Source: Octopus sinensis
Lineage: Eukaryota
Length of the DNA: 64,000 nt
Direction: 5' to 3'
NCBI RefSeq assembly: GCF_006345805.1
Contig: NC_043008.1
Location: forward strand, 59,024,001-59,088,000
The translations under genes and the position numbers were made by a program. The notes below the pieces were generated by a model, which saw only the letters and a program-made list of their open reading frames with translations, searched no databases and was not told the DNA's origin. This document shows, piece by piece, positions 24,498 through 39,881 of this stretch (position 1 is its first letter; each line of letters opens with the position of its first letter).

Positions 24498-26989
24498 TGC
24501 CTCTGATGTTGACGGTGGTAGCTGTAATTGGTCTCTGACAATTTGTGTTCTAGTCGAGACCATATCATCTTTACAAACATATTTTATTTATGACATCATT
24601 CAATATGAACTTCCTTTGTTAAACAACTGCAGAGTGTAATGCGAGGCAGACTTGGCTGATATTTTTAGCAGGTGAGGAAACATCGTAGAAACACTTTAGT
24701 TGGCTCCGTCTCAATCCTATTAGAAATTGCCATGCATAGAAAAGAAGAGATATGGAAGTTTGCAATCTCCAAATATTTCTGAAGGGAATTTACTGAGAAT
24801 ATATGTTCAAAGTTCTACAGACACTAATCGAAAACGCTTCAAGAACTCGGTTCTTGGAAGTTTCAATAAGCTTCGGCTCGCCAAGATGGAAATGTAAGAA
24901 GGCGATTCAATGCATTGATTTTAGATGATATCAGCTTATTTGATTTGGTGTTGAAAACCACTAACATGTTTATGACTAGCACTGGGATTCTGATATCGCA
25001 TTTAGCAGGTTCTTGAAAACATATACAACTATTAATGAGTAAACAGGTTATTAGAAGAGAAATTGTGGTATGTATGAACGAAGAAGTGTGATAAAAGGAC
25101 CTCTGGTTGGATAAAAAGATTTATGAGAAGATAGATGTGTAGCTAGTTAGCTATCTGGCTAACTGGACGAAAGTATGGGTGAATTAAAAATGTAAATCCT
25201 TTACTGTTGTTGAGTTGCAGATGAATTTCTCTTAGTTTACTTGTTTTAGTCATTAAACAGCGGCCAGCATGGGGCATAAGTGTGAAGAGTTTAATCTAGG
25301 ACACAAACACACATACACATACATACATACATACATACATGCATACATACATACATACATACATAGACATACATAAATACGAACATACATACAAACATAC
25401 ATACACCCACCCACACAAATACTTTCTTATTCATTCGAGATAAACCAACTTATGAATTGCGTGTATATATATAATTGAATCTCTCTCTCTCCATCCATCT
25501 ATCTATCTATCTGTATATATATATATATATATCAGTAACAAAGATGTGTAAGTGTCGTTTCATTACGGCCGTTTCGAGCGGCTCCTTTAAATAATCAATG
25601 AAAGCATTACATCATATTACAAAGAAAACCGTTCTGATCAGATGACGGCATAGACTTCAAGCATAAAGGACAAAGGACAACTTAGATATTTAAACATATT
25701 CATATCACTTATAGGGAGCCTATATGTAAAATGATTCCGCTGCTAAATTTTTGGGCAGAATGAAACAGGACAGTAGAGCGACAGACAAGCCAGAAATTTG
25801 AATAGGCTAGTGTGTGTGTGTGTGTTTTGAGGGAGGGAATGTGAGTAGTGACCCCGTTATCTACCCATCGAAGACAATTGGGAGAATGTAGGCTTCAAAA
25901 CATCTGAAATTAGATCTTTATGGAGTTATAAATTAATTAGCATCATGACAGACCGTTTTACTATATGAGAAAATGGAATTTTACATCCGGCTATATCAAT
26001 ACCAATATAGTAGGTCAAGGGTAGCAAAAGAGAAGGCCGATAGGGGGAGTGATAATAAGAGAGAGAGAAGAGGGGATAAAAATTATAATTTGCCATCAAA
26101 TTTTTATGCTATACAAACTTTAAAAATGTAAGGAAGTACAAAATAGAAATAAAAATATAACCAAATATGAAAATAAGATATAAGAATATATAACAAAGTA
26201 TAAAGCATATATATACAAAGCATGAAAAAATACAACGTATGAAATATCTAATATATATAGAAAAAATTTTATAATTTTAGGTTCACAGTATACAGTGGGA
26301 TATATGAAAAAAATTTTACAACTGTCAAAGTATTAATAAAAGAGAAGAAAGTAGGAAAAATATATTAAGAGTATATAAAATCTTAAGATATACGAGGAAG
26401 ATATAAGAAAATATCTCAGTGAAGAATTATACTAAAAGTTTTAATGAAAAATTATAAAAAGAATTATACTAAAAAATATTTTCTTTAAAAAAATTATAAA
26501 AGTCAATAAAAGATGCTATACTAAGATATATAAAAAGGAAGTAAGGTAATATAAAATGAAAATAAAGAAAATATTATAATGGAATTGTTATATAAATAGT
26601 TATAATCAGAATATTGATTAATTATTAATACTAGATTGAAAAAGGCATAAGTATGCGGGTGTTATAATTGAGATCAAATAGAATAAAAAGTATCTTTAGA
26701 AAAAGGTTAAGAAAATATTTTTAAAATACGACGAATAGCAAGGATTGAGGTATGATAGTAACAGATCATCGAGGGTATATTTTATAATTAGGGGAGATTT
26801 AAAAATCAAGGACACGTTAGGAAAAAATAGTATATTTATATTAACCGTGATAGAATAGATTTACCACTAGGATTAGTTAGGTATATATTATGATTACTAA
26901 GAGTTAATAGATCAAAGGTTTAAAGAGAAAATTGTTTTTCGTCACAAAACAAATTATATGATATATTAAATAATTATCAGTTTCTAAAT

Positions 26990-27396
26990 AATTTAAAGGT
27001 CCTGGTAATCTTATGGACACCTGACAGTTTAATATCTAATTTATTATTAAGTTGTTCTTATCTGTATATTTAAAATTTTCATACAATTCCATACAACATA
27101 GATTACATCCATATCGGCTATTTGTGTGTGATTGAGCTCCACGCACTTAAATTCCATTTAAGACTGAAATCGATATTATTGTCTTTAAGTTTGTAGATAA
27201 TGATGTACTATTAGCTTTATTAAGTAAGTCCAAAGAATGAAAAATGGTTATTCAATAATTTTTTTCATATTTTCTGAGCACCTTATATATAAAAAGTTAT
27301 TATTTTCTGTCAGTATTGTATATTTATAAATAATATTTTCTGCTAAACATGGACCTGATAGTGGGCAGAGGGATATTTCCCTATAATTGCAACTGC
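26990..27396 (-). pseudogene. Penelope-like GIY-YIG endonuclease remnant
   Basis: SCNYREISLCPLSGPCLAENIIYKYTILTENNNFLYIRCS...LLNNHFS...KANSTSLS...KDNNIDFSLKWN...CNLCCMELYE: Cys linker, IIYK/YIG-like motif and PLE C-terminal motifs; frameshifted. Confidence 0.82.
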
Positions 27397-28460
<1,064 letters not shown>

Positions 28461-28991
28461 TGTTGTTATTGTTGTTGTTATTGATGTTGTTGATGTTGTA
28501 GTTGTTGTTAGCATTTATAGTCCTATTATTCGTATTCATAGTGTCATCACACGTAGTACTGTTCAAATTCCTAGAAGCATTATCAAGGTTAATGTTATTC
28601 TTTCTCAAGTTATTATCATTTGTATTATTACATAAATTTATATTAACGCTAATATATTGTAATGTATCATTAGATGTTATGCAACTAACGTCCTTCTAAT
28701 AGTTGAAAATGAAATATCTGGGGAATCATCAGTTTTTATTTATCTTCATTATTATTAAATATGTTATCTATATTGTTACTGGCTAAATTTGGGTTATCAG
28801 TGCTATTATTGGTATTATTGATATTTACATACATACGGTTCCTAGAATTGTTACTAGGAATTAATTTGCTATTACCTAAAGAGTGCTTAAATTTCAAATC
28901 TGCCCTAATTATAAAATATACACTCTATGATCTGTTACTATCATACATCAATCCTTGCTATTCGTTGGGTTTTAATTATACTTTCTTAACC

Positions 28992-29388
28992 GGTGCAGGA
29001 ATGGCTGTGTGGTAAGTAGCTTCCTTAACAACCACATGGTTCCGGGTTCAGTCCCACTGCGTCGCACCTTGGGCAAGTGTCTTCTACTATAGCCTCGGGC
29101 CGACCAAAGCCTTGTGAGTGGATTTGGTAGTCAGAAACTGAAAGAAGCCCGTCGTATATATGTATATATATATATATATGTGTGTGTGTGTTTGTGTGTC
29201 TGTGATTGTCCCCCCAACATCGCTTGACAACCGATGCTGGTGTGTTTACGAACTTAGCAGTTCGGCAAAAGAGACCGATAAAATAAGTACTAGGCTTTCA
29301 AAGAATACGTCCTGGGGGCGATTTGCTCGACTAAAGGCGGTGCTCCAGCATGGCCGTAGTCAAATGACTGAAACAAATAGTAAAAGAG
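28992..29388 (+). mobile_element. SINE family A inserted in the right arm of the PLE
   Basis: Full head and tail; absent from the left arm. Confidence 0.9.
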
Positions 29389-30512
29389 TAACCTATTTCT
29401 GATAATAATTTGTATTATATTTGATCTGTATTACAACCCGGTATACTTTTGCCTTTTTCCATCTATGATTAATAATTAATCAATATTCTAATTATAATTA
29501 TTCATATAATAATTCCATTATAATATATTCTTTATTTTCATTTCATATTACTTTATTTCCTTTTTATATATCTTAGTATAGCAACTTTTATTCGCTTACT
29601 TTTATATTTTTTTTAAAGAAAGAATTTTTTTTAGTATAATTATTTTTATATTTCATTATAGCTTTTAGTATAATTCTTCTCTGAGATATTTTTTTATATA
29701 TCCTCATATATCTATAAATCTTATATTTTGTATCCTAATATCTTAAGATTTTATATACTCTTCATATAGTTTTCATAAGTTTTCTGTTTTATTAATACTT
29801 TGACAGTTTTTATTTTTTTCATATATCCCACTGTGTACTATGAACCAAAAATTATAAATTTATTATATTTTTTACACATTGTACTTTTTATATATAAATA
29901 TATTAAATATTTTATATGTTTTATATTTTCTTGCCTTTGTATATATCCTTTATATTTTTTTAATATTTTCTCATATTATATTTTACTTCTATATTTGGTT
30001 ATATTTTTATTTGTACTTTTATTTCCTTATTTTTTAATGTTTATATAGCATAAACATTCGGTGACAATTTATAATTTTTAATTTTTTTCATAACATTCGG
30101 TATATGTTGTTACCTTATATTCTTATATATTAAGTTTAACCCCTTATTTAGTTACATATGAAATTTGTTTCTAGCCTTTATATATGTATATATTTACGTT
30201 TTGCTTTAACAGTATAAGTAATCTAGGGTAGAAATTTACTCTTTCAATTCATATCCCATTCATAATCCCTTCAGAGGTATTCCTTGTAACAGTTCACCTT
30301 TTCTTCTCCTTTAAGATGACAATCAAAATAAGCATTTATAACCATCCGTATCCCATTTCCTCTCTCTATCAATCATCACCCCACCCCCTATCAGACATTC
30401 TCGCTTGCCACCCCATGGCCTATCCTACTGGTGTTGATATAGCCGGATGTAAGGTTCCCTTTCGCAGATAGTAAAACAGTCTATTATGATACTGATTAAT
30501 TTATAACTCCCT

Positions 30513-30659
30513 CGCCGAGGTCGACTTTGCCTTTCATCCTTTCGGGGTCGATAAATTAAGTACCAGTTGCGCACTGGGGTCGATGTAATCGACATAATAC
30601 CTATATCTGTCCTTGTTTGTCCCCTCTATGTTTAGCCCCTTGTGGGTAATAAAGAAATA
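30513..30659 (+). mobile_element. 5'-truncated SINE family C in the right arm of the PLE
   Basis: Core plus AAAGAAATA tail; absent from the left arm. Confidence 0.88.
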
Positions 30660-31268
30660 AGATCTAATTTCAGATGTTTTAAAGACTACATTCTCACTAT
30701 TGTCTTCGATGTGTAGATAACGGTGTTACTACTCTCATTCATCCCCTCGACCACTCTAGTCTATGTTAATTTTTCGCTTGTCTGTTGCTGTGCTGCCCTT
30801 TTTCATTTTGCTAAAAGATTTTGCGGCGGAATCATTGTAAATATTTGTTCTCTCTTGATGGTATGAATATGTTTAAATATCTAAGTTGTCTTTTATATTT
30901 GAGGTCTATGCAGTTATCTGATCAGAACGGTTTTCTTTGTAATTCTTTCATTGATCAATTAAAGGATTCGCTCGAAACGGCCGTAATGAATTAACACTTA
31001 TACACCTTTATTACTCATTTATATTTTACTCACCTATCCTGGAATCTGCACTTCAGAAATATTTGGAAAGTATCTTTATATAAAGTACATGTCTGAAAAA
31101 ACAAGAGTCAATTTATTCACTAAGTTGGATACTACCATCCACATACACTGCATGAATATCGGGTGGTAAAATTCTATGTAAAGTTTGTTACTCACCTTAT
31201 ATTGTTTGAGTGTGCAAATAAGTTCGTCCTAACAAGGTATCTCAATGTATGTACCTAATTCAAATGAA

Positions 31269-31302
<34 letters not shown>

Positions 31303-31384
31303 CATATATATAGAATATAGATATATTATATATATATATCTATATATATCTAATATATATATATTGATTATATGCTGTGAGTCA

Positions 31385-32240
31385 ATGGGCAGACAGAAAC
31401 AAAATGCAACTGAATGAGGGAAAATTTGAGCTGATGCATTTTGAAGAAATTCCTCACTAAAACAACCATACTCTCTTCCTTCAGGGGAACCGCTCACAGC
31501 CTCTAACAATATCAGAGACCTGGGTGTAATTGTTGATGACGATCTCAGTTGGAGTGCACACATCAACAAGAAGGTCGATATAGCCCGTAGGATGAGTTCC
31601 TGGATCTTAAGAACTTTCCGGTCCAGAGAACAAGGTGTCATCATACCACTTTTCTCCTCCTTTGTACGGCCACACCTTGAATACTGATACCCACTGTGGT
31701 CTCCTCATACAAGACAAAACATCTCCAGATTGAGTCACCCCATGGCTGCTCTCGATTATTGGGATCGCCTTAAAGCCTTGAAACTTTACTTCCTCCAGCG
31801 TCACCGTGAGTGGTACATCATTTGTACGGTGTGGAGAATGTACCGTCAACTTTGCCCAAACGACCTTAATATTAGCTTCAAGGTCCATCCAAGACTGGGA
31901 CCACGGGCCATACGTCCCCTGCCCAATTCAAGATCACAACATACATGTACACTGCAACATAATTTCTTTTCTTCAACAGGCCCTGCCCTATTTAACATTG
32001 TCCCGAGGGAGATCAAAGAGGAAAAGGATCCCGTCAACTTTAAACGGAGTCTGGATAGATTCCTTCAAAGAATACCAGATAAGCCACCCATAATTGGATA
32101 CAACTCACCCAACAAGATCTTACTACTTGAACAAAACTTGACTTAAACAGGATTCGAATAATCCTATCAGGTGGTGCTATTAAGTTAGACATGGCCTGGA
32201 CCAATCTTTGGTCGAAACATATCTAAGTTTTATCTAAGAT
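31385..32240 (+). mobile_element. CR1/L2-type LINE 3' fragment, internally deleted
   Basis: ADRNKMQLNEGKFELMHF, DLGVIVDDDLSWSAHI, FVRPHLEY*YPLWSPH, GPALFNIVP...FKRSLDRFL; 3' hairpin and short TCTAAG tail. Confidence 0.88.
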
Positions 32241-32271
<31 letters not shown>

Positions 32272-32278
32272 AAAACAT

Positions 32279-32827
32279 CTTATTTTCCTTCTCCTGACTT
32301 TCATCTATGGTTTTGCCTCATGGCTTTCACTCCACTCCCCAGATTAACTTAGCATGGCTGTTTTGCCGTACATATTCTCTTGCTTTCTTCCAAACATTTA
32401 ATGCTCTTAGCTTTTTTGGGCCTACCAATTCTGAACAGTCTCAAGTGTAGCAGTCCGAAATTGTAATGATAATTGGAAGCTTAACTGATGAACAGAGGGT
32501 CACAAATTATCCGTCCTGAGTTTTCTCTGTCCGTCTTTGTATCGTCTATTTGCCCATATGATGCTAATTAATTTAATGTCGTCCGTCACGTTCTTATTCC
32601 GTTTTTTAGATTTATATCTACCTATAGCGACATAAGTACACATTTTGTTCACCTTGTATGTATATATCGAAATTCTGTACGACTTTTTAGCTTCCTTTTG
32701 TACCCCTTATACTTTCTTTCTTTTCTCTTTTTCTCGCTCCCCCTCTCTCTCATTTCTTGGAATTCTCCTTTTATTTCTCTACTTTCCTTCGTTAACTCCC
32801 TTATCCCTTTCCTTCTGTCCCTTCCTC

Positions 32828-32858
<31 letters not shown>

Positions 32859-33266
32859 AGTTAATTCCCTAATACTTAAATCCCTCTACCCCTTACTTCT
32901 CTCTGTTCCTTCCACATAACCGGTGTTCGGCCAAGCATGATCTTTCTCGGCCTGATCGCCACCCGTACAACACCTTATTTTCCTGTCTCCTGATTTTCAT
33001 CTATGTTTTTGCGTCAAAGCTTTCACTCCACACGCCAACTTAACTTAACTTGTTGTTATTAGTCGAAAGACACCTGTTGTTATTCCCTTGTTATTTGTAA
33101 TTGTATAACATTTTCTCCGTTTTCTTGTTGTTTTTTTTTTTGTCTGTGTTGTCGTACATATTCTCTTGCTTTCTTCCCAAAATTTTAATGCGCTTAGATT
33201 AGATTTTTGGGGCCAACCAATTTTGAACAGTCTCAAAGTGTAACAGGCCAAAGCTGTAATAATAAT
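32279..33266. repeat. Two diverged ~200-bp direct repeats (32279-32472 and 32974-33266) around a pyrimidine-rich interior
   Basis: CTTATTTTCC..CTCCTGA..TTCATCTATG and CGTACATATTCTCTTGCTTTCTTCC are shared; the second copy has a ~95-bp insert. Confidence 0.75.
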
Positions 33267-33377
33267 GATGATGACGATGATGATGATGATGATGATGATG
33301 ACGATGATAATGACGACGACGATGATGATGATGATGATGATGACGATGATGATGATGATGATGATGATGACGATGAC

Positions 33378-33408
<31 letters not shown>

Positions 33409-33635
33409 TGATGATGATGATGACGATGAATGATAATGATGATGATGATGATGATGATGACGATGATGATGATGATGATGATGATGACGATGACGATGAC
33501 GATGATGATGATGATGATGATGATGATGACGATGATGATGATGATGATGATGATGTTGATAAGAACAACAACAACAACAACAACAATAACAACAACAATA
33601 ATAATAATAATAATGATAATGATAATAATAATAAT
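33261..33635. repeat. (GAT/GAC)n-(AAC)n-(AAT)n microsatellite
   Basis: Direct tandem repeat; the poly-D/poly-M ORFs in the track are artefacts of it. Confidence 0.96.
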
Positions 33636-34155
33636 GTTAAGAAGAAGTATAAAAACGACAGACATACGATGGTATCTGAGGTTCGTGGATATTTGATGAT
33701 AAGCTAGATTAGAATGAAGGAAAATTGAATTATGTCATAATCAACAACTTTATAAACGCGAACACGAAGCAGAACCACCATAGAGACGTTGACCTTCCAT
33801 TAATCATCGGTGTTTATTATTTGTATTCTTAATTAACGGAAATTTTTCGTTAGATTAACAGCACAGTATTAATTCTAATTATCTTGGGAAAGGTGTTGAC
33901 TGAAGTAAGCTAGCAGTAACATTAATGATTTTTAGAAATAGTAGAGAAATATTTCTCGAAATTTGTGCTACCATCAGAAGAAAGCAGGGTGACGTCGGAT
34001 AACGTAGACATAAATATATGAATAGAGCTGTCGACTGACAAAAGAAGTTAGAATATTCATCTGTCGGTTTTGAATGTTTAATATTTCAAGTTTAATATCA
34101 AGACGTTAACATTATCTACATTTGACGAATATCTGTTCTCATCTTTTTTGTTGCT

Positions 34156-34201
34156 AACACAACGTTTCGGCTGATATACGCTCCAGCCTTCATCAGGTGT
34201 C
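34156..34201 (-). ncRNA. Minimal PLE-type type I hammerhead ribozyme, intact core
   Basis: gacac-CUGAUGA-a-ggctg[10 nt]cagcc-GAA-ACGU-U-gtgtt: stem I 5 bp, stem II 5 bp, palindromic ACGU in place of stem III. Confidence 0.8.
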
Positions 34202-34473
34202 TTGGGGAAATTTCGAACCTGGCTGGAGAGTATATCAGCCGAAACGTTGTGTTAACAACAAGATGAGGACAAATATCCAACAAATGTAAATAATGAATAT
34301 AATATAAATACTGTAGATAACGTAGACATAAATATATGAATAGAGATGTCGACTGATAAAAGAAGTTAGAATATTCATCTGTCGGTTTTGAATGTTTTAT
34401 ATTTTAAGTTTAATATCAAGACGTTAACATTATCTACATTTGACGAATATCTGTTCTCATCTTTTTTGTTGCT

Positions 34474-34519
34474 AACACAACGTTTCGGCTGATATACGCT
34501 CCAGCCTTCATCAGGTGTC
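34474..34519 (-). ncRNA. Second copy of the minimal hammerhead ribozyme
   Basis: Same motif, 318 bp downstream. Confidence 0.8.
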
Positions 34520-34988
34520 TTGGGGAAATTTCGAACCTGGCTGGAGGGTATATCAGCCGAAACGTTGTGTTAACAACAAGATGAGGACACATATTCAACA
34601 AATGTAAATAATGAAAATAATATAAATACTGTACATAATTCCTCATCTCTTAAACATAGAACTGTATCAAGTGCCTACCTTGAATAAAATAGATCGATAG
34701 AAACATCTTCCTTTTATGGTAAAATATGTACATAATTCAATAAAATTATGAAGGTTACTCTGATTCCTATGCATAAAATGCAAAATGTTTTTTTTTGTAG
34801 ATTAGGTACGCATAATTCGCCCCTGCTTTTCAATCTCAATATTAAAGCTACGCATAGGACTGCTGTAACACACGTGCTGCGTACATTCCTACAACAACGT
34901 TCACTTTACGCCCTATAACGACAGAAGTAAATCTATTTTCAAATCAGTCGCTTGCATGTATTTCGCTTATTTTATTTTCTGTGTGTGT

Positions 34989-35043
<55 letters not shown>

Positions 35044-35893
35044 ACTAAATAGATGTCACCAACTGCTTGTCCTGAAGTATTACTGACTGCTAAAAAGTAT
35101 ATTTCATTTTCTTAATTTCTCCCTAACCTGACTCTGTATATCTGACGATGTGGACTTGTTCTGCAGTCTCAAAACTTTAAACCAAGTGGAACTGAGTCAG
35201 CATTTTTCAATATATGTGTATGTTGCCGAGTCTGTATGCGCTTGTGTGTGTATTAGCATCGTGTGAGTCTGATCGAGTATGTGTGTGTATGTTGTGCCTG
35301 TGTGTTTGTGCGTGTGTGCGTATACGTATATAGGAATCTAAAAGTGTGTGCGTACATGAGCGCGCGTGTGTGCGTGCGGGCATGTCATTGTACTTGCTTC
35401 ACACAGCTTGCCGAGCGGTGTTGGATTGATTCTGTACCCGCTAATTGAACGGTTAAGCAAAATGATTTAATTGAAATAATTACTGGACTTAAAATAAATA
35501 TTTTGGTTGATTTGATAGATTGAACACCCGAATACTGTGACTGAGACAAGTAAGGCTATAATCTGTGTATGTGTGAGTATGTATCTGAGAGAGAGAGAGA
35601 GTGTGTGTGTGTGAGAGTAATCACATATATATCTATATCTATCTATCTATCTATATATATATATATATTATATATATATATACACACATAATTGTTTGTA
35701 TGTAAGTGTGTGCATGTGTGTGTATGTAATGTGTGTACATTATAATAATATATGTATACATCTAAAGAGATGCATATAAACCTGCGCATATGCGTTTAGT
35801 ATTTCATATTCATGAAGTTATTTTTTCTATTGATCTTCTATTATATTTATTGTGCTTTTGCGATGCAACAGCAAACCAACTAATAGTTCATAC

Positions 35894-36182
35894 CAGTGCT
35901 TCTGAAACTATCTGATGTGGTGTGCTGGCAGGTTTTTTAAATTTTATTTTGCAATGTGCCAGGGACCGGTAATATTTTTTAGTAATATCAATTTATACCG
36001 GAAACAATATATATAATGCATGTAATAAAAGTTGACATTTTTTTTATTTTATATTTACTTTGTAAACAAATAGTAGAATATTACATAATCACTTTATAAG
36101 AATTTTATAATATTTCTTTCTTTTCCGAAAACTCACCGCGTACCGGCACCGGTTCCTCGGACCACCACTTTGAGTAGCTCTG
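35894..36182. mobile_element. hAT-like MITE
   Basis: TIR CAGTGCTTCTGAAACT / ACTTTGAGTAGCTCTG; the putative 8-bp TSD is poorly preserved. Confidence 0.5.
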
Positions 36183-36500
36183 GTTTACATAATATCTCTG
36201 TATACTTAAGACTGGGTCATTTGATTTTGCTGCGGAGTAATACGAATACATAACATTGAGAAGCCGCAATTACGCTGAAATACTCATCAGGCACTCTTGT
36301 AGTTATTTCTGGAACGATGTCGTTTCGCCTGGCTCTGAAGAATATAATGATGGTTTTTAAGTGAATACTTCGTTGAAAAGATTCTCCTCGAAGAAAACGG
36401 AAGCTTCTGGCTTTGAACGACGTTAAGTATGTTATACTAATAGGTTTTATATGCATATTTATGTACATATATACTCATATATATGTGTGAATATATGTAT

Positions 36501-36760
36501 GTGGAGGAGCGTGGCTTAGGGGTTAAGGTGTCAGCATCATGATCGTAAGATTGTGGTTTCGATTCCTGTCCCGAGCGATGCCTTGGGTTCTTAAACAAAA
36601 CACTTCATTTCACGTGGCTCCAGTCCACTCAGCTGGCAAAAATGAGTAACGCTGCGATGGATTGGCGTCCCGTCCTGCTGGGGAGCACATACGCCATAGA
36701 AACCGGGAAACCGGGCCCATGAGCCTGGCTAAGCTTCAAAAAGACACATTTATTTATTTT
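36501..36760 (+). mobile_element. SINE family B variant with V-core-like body
   Basis: Head GTGGAGGAGCGTGGCTTAGGGG...GGTTTCGATTCC; body GCTGCGATGGATTGGCGTCCCGTCC. Confidence 0.8.
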
Positions 36761-37418
36761 TTTTATATGTATGTATATGTATACATAGATATGTGTGTGT
36801 GTATATGTATGTGATAATGTGTATTTGAGAATGTGCGTGTGTCTGCTAATGTGTGTGGATGTGTATGACAAAAGGTGAATGCGTGAATTTGTTCATTTCG
36901 GTACAATGCCTTGAATGAAATACGTAAACCAATTAAAACATCAAGAAATACACTTCGACAGCTATATATATTTAATCAAAATTACAAACTTTTGGCTTTT
37001 CATCCAATACGATGAATGTGAAAATGTACTTTAATCTAAGCATCGTATCATTTACTGTAATTAAGTTAGCGTTCATATTGTGAGTTTGAAGAATACAAAC
37101 TAGTTCTCTATTTTCATATAATTTCGTCTTAGAGACGCGCTGTCTCTACATATTAGGCCTCTGTGTTCGCACGCGCGTATATGTGTGTGTGTGAGTGTGT
37201 GTGTGTGTGTGTGTCGCTTATATGAGCGCATGTCGTTCAGTGCGTCGGTTTCTATGCGTACTAATATATGTATGCACACGTTCACACATAGACACGCACA
37301 CATATATAAATGCATATATCTACACACACATAGGCGCACACACACAAAAACACACACACACAACACATATTATATATTGACAAATATACATGTGTCTATA
37401 TACATATGTCTATATATA

Positions 37419-37484
<66 letters not shown>

Positions 37485-37578
37485 TATATATATAACTATA
37501 TATACATATATACTATATACATATATGCAAACATACACACGCCGACATATATATATATATGTGTGTGTATATATATAT

Positions 37579-37650
<72 letters not shown>

Positions 37651-38334
37651 GCCGGCGTGTGTATGTTTGCATGGGCATCGTACGTATGGTGGACAGTACA
37701 ACTGTGTGCGTGTGTTTATGTGTGTGTGAATATGTATGTATTTATGCGTGTTTTTGTGTCTGTGTATCTGCGTCTTTCAGACGTCCTTCCAAAGTAAGTT
37801 ATTTGATGATTTCATTATATTGATATCTACAGTTCATGTTACGACTGGGAGTAAATATTTAGTGGAAAGATCATGAATTGAGACGCGCACATAAATGTCA
37901 CATACGTCACATCCAATTGAAAACAGACAATCGCCTCCACAGTAGCCATACACAGACACATATACACAGACACACACAAGCATAAAGAAAAATGTATTTA
38001 TAAAACCACATACAAGCACACTTACACAAAGATGGAAATGTATGCACATGGACGCTTATACAGACGCAGTGCACAGTAGACTTGCGTATATGTCAATAGA
38101 TGGATGTTAATTATATAGGTAACGGTGTATACCTATACAAATACATACGTTTATATAATCCTGTATTTATATATATATATGCATTTATATAGGTATGTAT
38201 ATACGTTTATATATACCTATGTTTATATAATATATATATAAACATAGGTATGTATAACCGTATATACATACGTATATATATGCATACATATATACATACA
38301 TAAATATGTGTGTATATATATGTACATATGTCTG

Positions 38335-38405
<71 letters not shown>

Positions 38406-38560
38406 CATAATATATATATGTATAGACATATATCATATGTTTGTGTATGTACCTATCTAACTACCTACTTATTTATCTTTAAGTATGTATGTGTGTAATG
38501 TATGTATGTATGTATGCATCTATCTATCTATCTATCTATCAATCTATCTATCTATCTAAC

Positions 38561-38598
<38 letters not shown>

Positions 38599-39174
38599 CA
38601 TACATACATACATACATACATACATACATAGATACATAGCTTGTTAGATAAATAAATAGATAGATAGATAGATAGATAGATATATCATAAGGGCATTGTA
38701 ATTTCCTTGAAGCATTGTTTTACAGAAGTAAAACAAGAAATAATGAAGACGGAGAGCTCCTAACAACGGGAAAAACGAAAGATAAGTAACCTTTATAAAT
38801 TTCAGATACAGAGTACCATCATCAGAATTAAACGGCTAAGAAACGTAAGTTTACTTAGATCTTGCAGTGTTGATTGCCACAACGGCATTGACTCCTCTTT
38901 TCCAGTAGTATCACTTCCCCGAAAATAATGCTGCCGGTGGCTGTCCAGGTCATACTGGTGAGGGGGATAGGCGAGACGGACGGTAAGTTACGTTGGCAGC
39001 AGTGGTGGTGGTGGTGATAACACTCTAAACTGTTATATTGGTGGCTGTGGTTGCCGATGCCGCAGTAGCTGTCGGTGCTCAATAAATCTTCTGTGTTGCG
39101 CAGGTATTCTCATAAATATTTACATTATTTAGTAAAAAAAAATGCATACAAGCATGTGTATAAATTCATATAGA

Positions 39175-39330
39175 TGCCAATAATAATTGGGGCATTTGGT
39201 TTTGTGTTTCAACGCTTAAGTAGAAATATGGATAAGCTGGAGGGCGTCGAAAAAAATCTCAACCAGAACATCACGAATGCAATCTGAAAGAAGAACAGTA
39301 AAAGTATTCGGAGATTTTCTCAAGTTTAAC
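39175..39330 (+). mobile_element. Possible R4/Dong 3' remnant
   Basis: PIIIGAFGFV..RLSRNMDKL resembles PVVIGALG.V...L...L. Confidence 0.35.
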
Positions 39331-39820
39331 ATAGGGATTTGTTTTTGTTATCTGCATTCCAAAGATGGAACTTTGTATTCTTGTTAGAAGCGAATGTCAT
39401 CCTTACAGGAAGATTTTAAATAAATATAAGAGAACGACCACCCACTCATTCATCCATTCGTTCATTCATCCGTTCATATATATACACATACATACATACA
39501 TACATAAAGTTTATCATTTAAATATATTTGAACATGTCTAGATATGTAACTATATGCACGAGAATACATACATAAATCATAAAAATCTGCACATACATAC
39601 ATACATACATACACACATACATGCAAAAATACATACATACATGGCCAGAATGGAGCAATCTCGAGTTTAAGCAGCCGAAATTGCAAAGATAATCTGGACC
39701 TCGACTGAGGAAAGAAAACTCCGAATAACCCGTCCTCGTCTATCTGAATGTTTTGTCGTCCATTTTTGTATCACCTAACTCTCTGGATGTTCTGCGTTCT
39801 TGTCCCATTTTGTATGTTTT

Positions 39821-39881
<61 letters not shown>

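Larger units (their letters stand above)
33998..34633. repeat. Tandem duplication of a 318-bp PLE pLTR-like unit
   Basis: Copies 33998-34315 and 34316-34633 are nearly identical; each contains an internal inverted repeat. Confidence 0.95.

Noticed and set aside
24866-25118. About 84-codon open frame on the minus strand
   Set aside because: No start, clear splice sites or recognisable homology
32497-32560. CTGATGA followed by an ACAGAG/CTCTGT stem as a hammerhead
   Set aside because: No GAAA or stem I partner follows
36217-36468. 83-aa minus ORF with an internal acceptor-like site
   Set aside because: Weak donor and no homology recognised
37781-37793. 13-nt microexon between TCTTTCAG and GTAAGT
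   Set aside because: Frame-shifting length; such motif pairs occur by chance in AT-rich DNA
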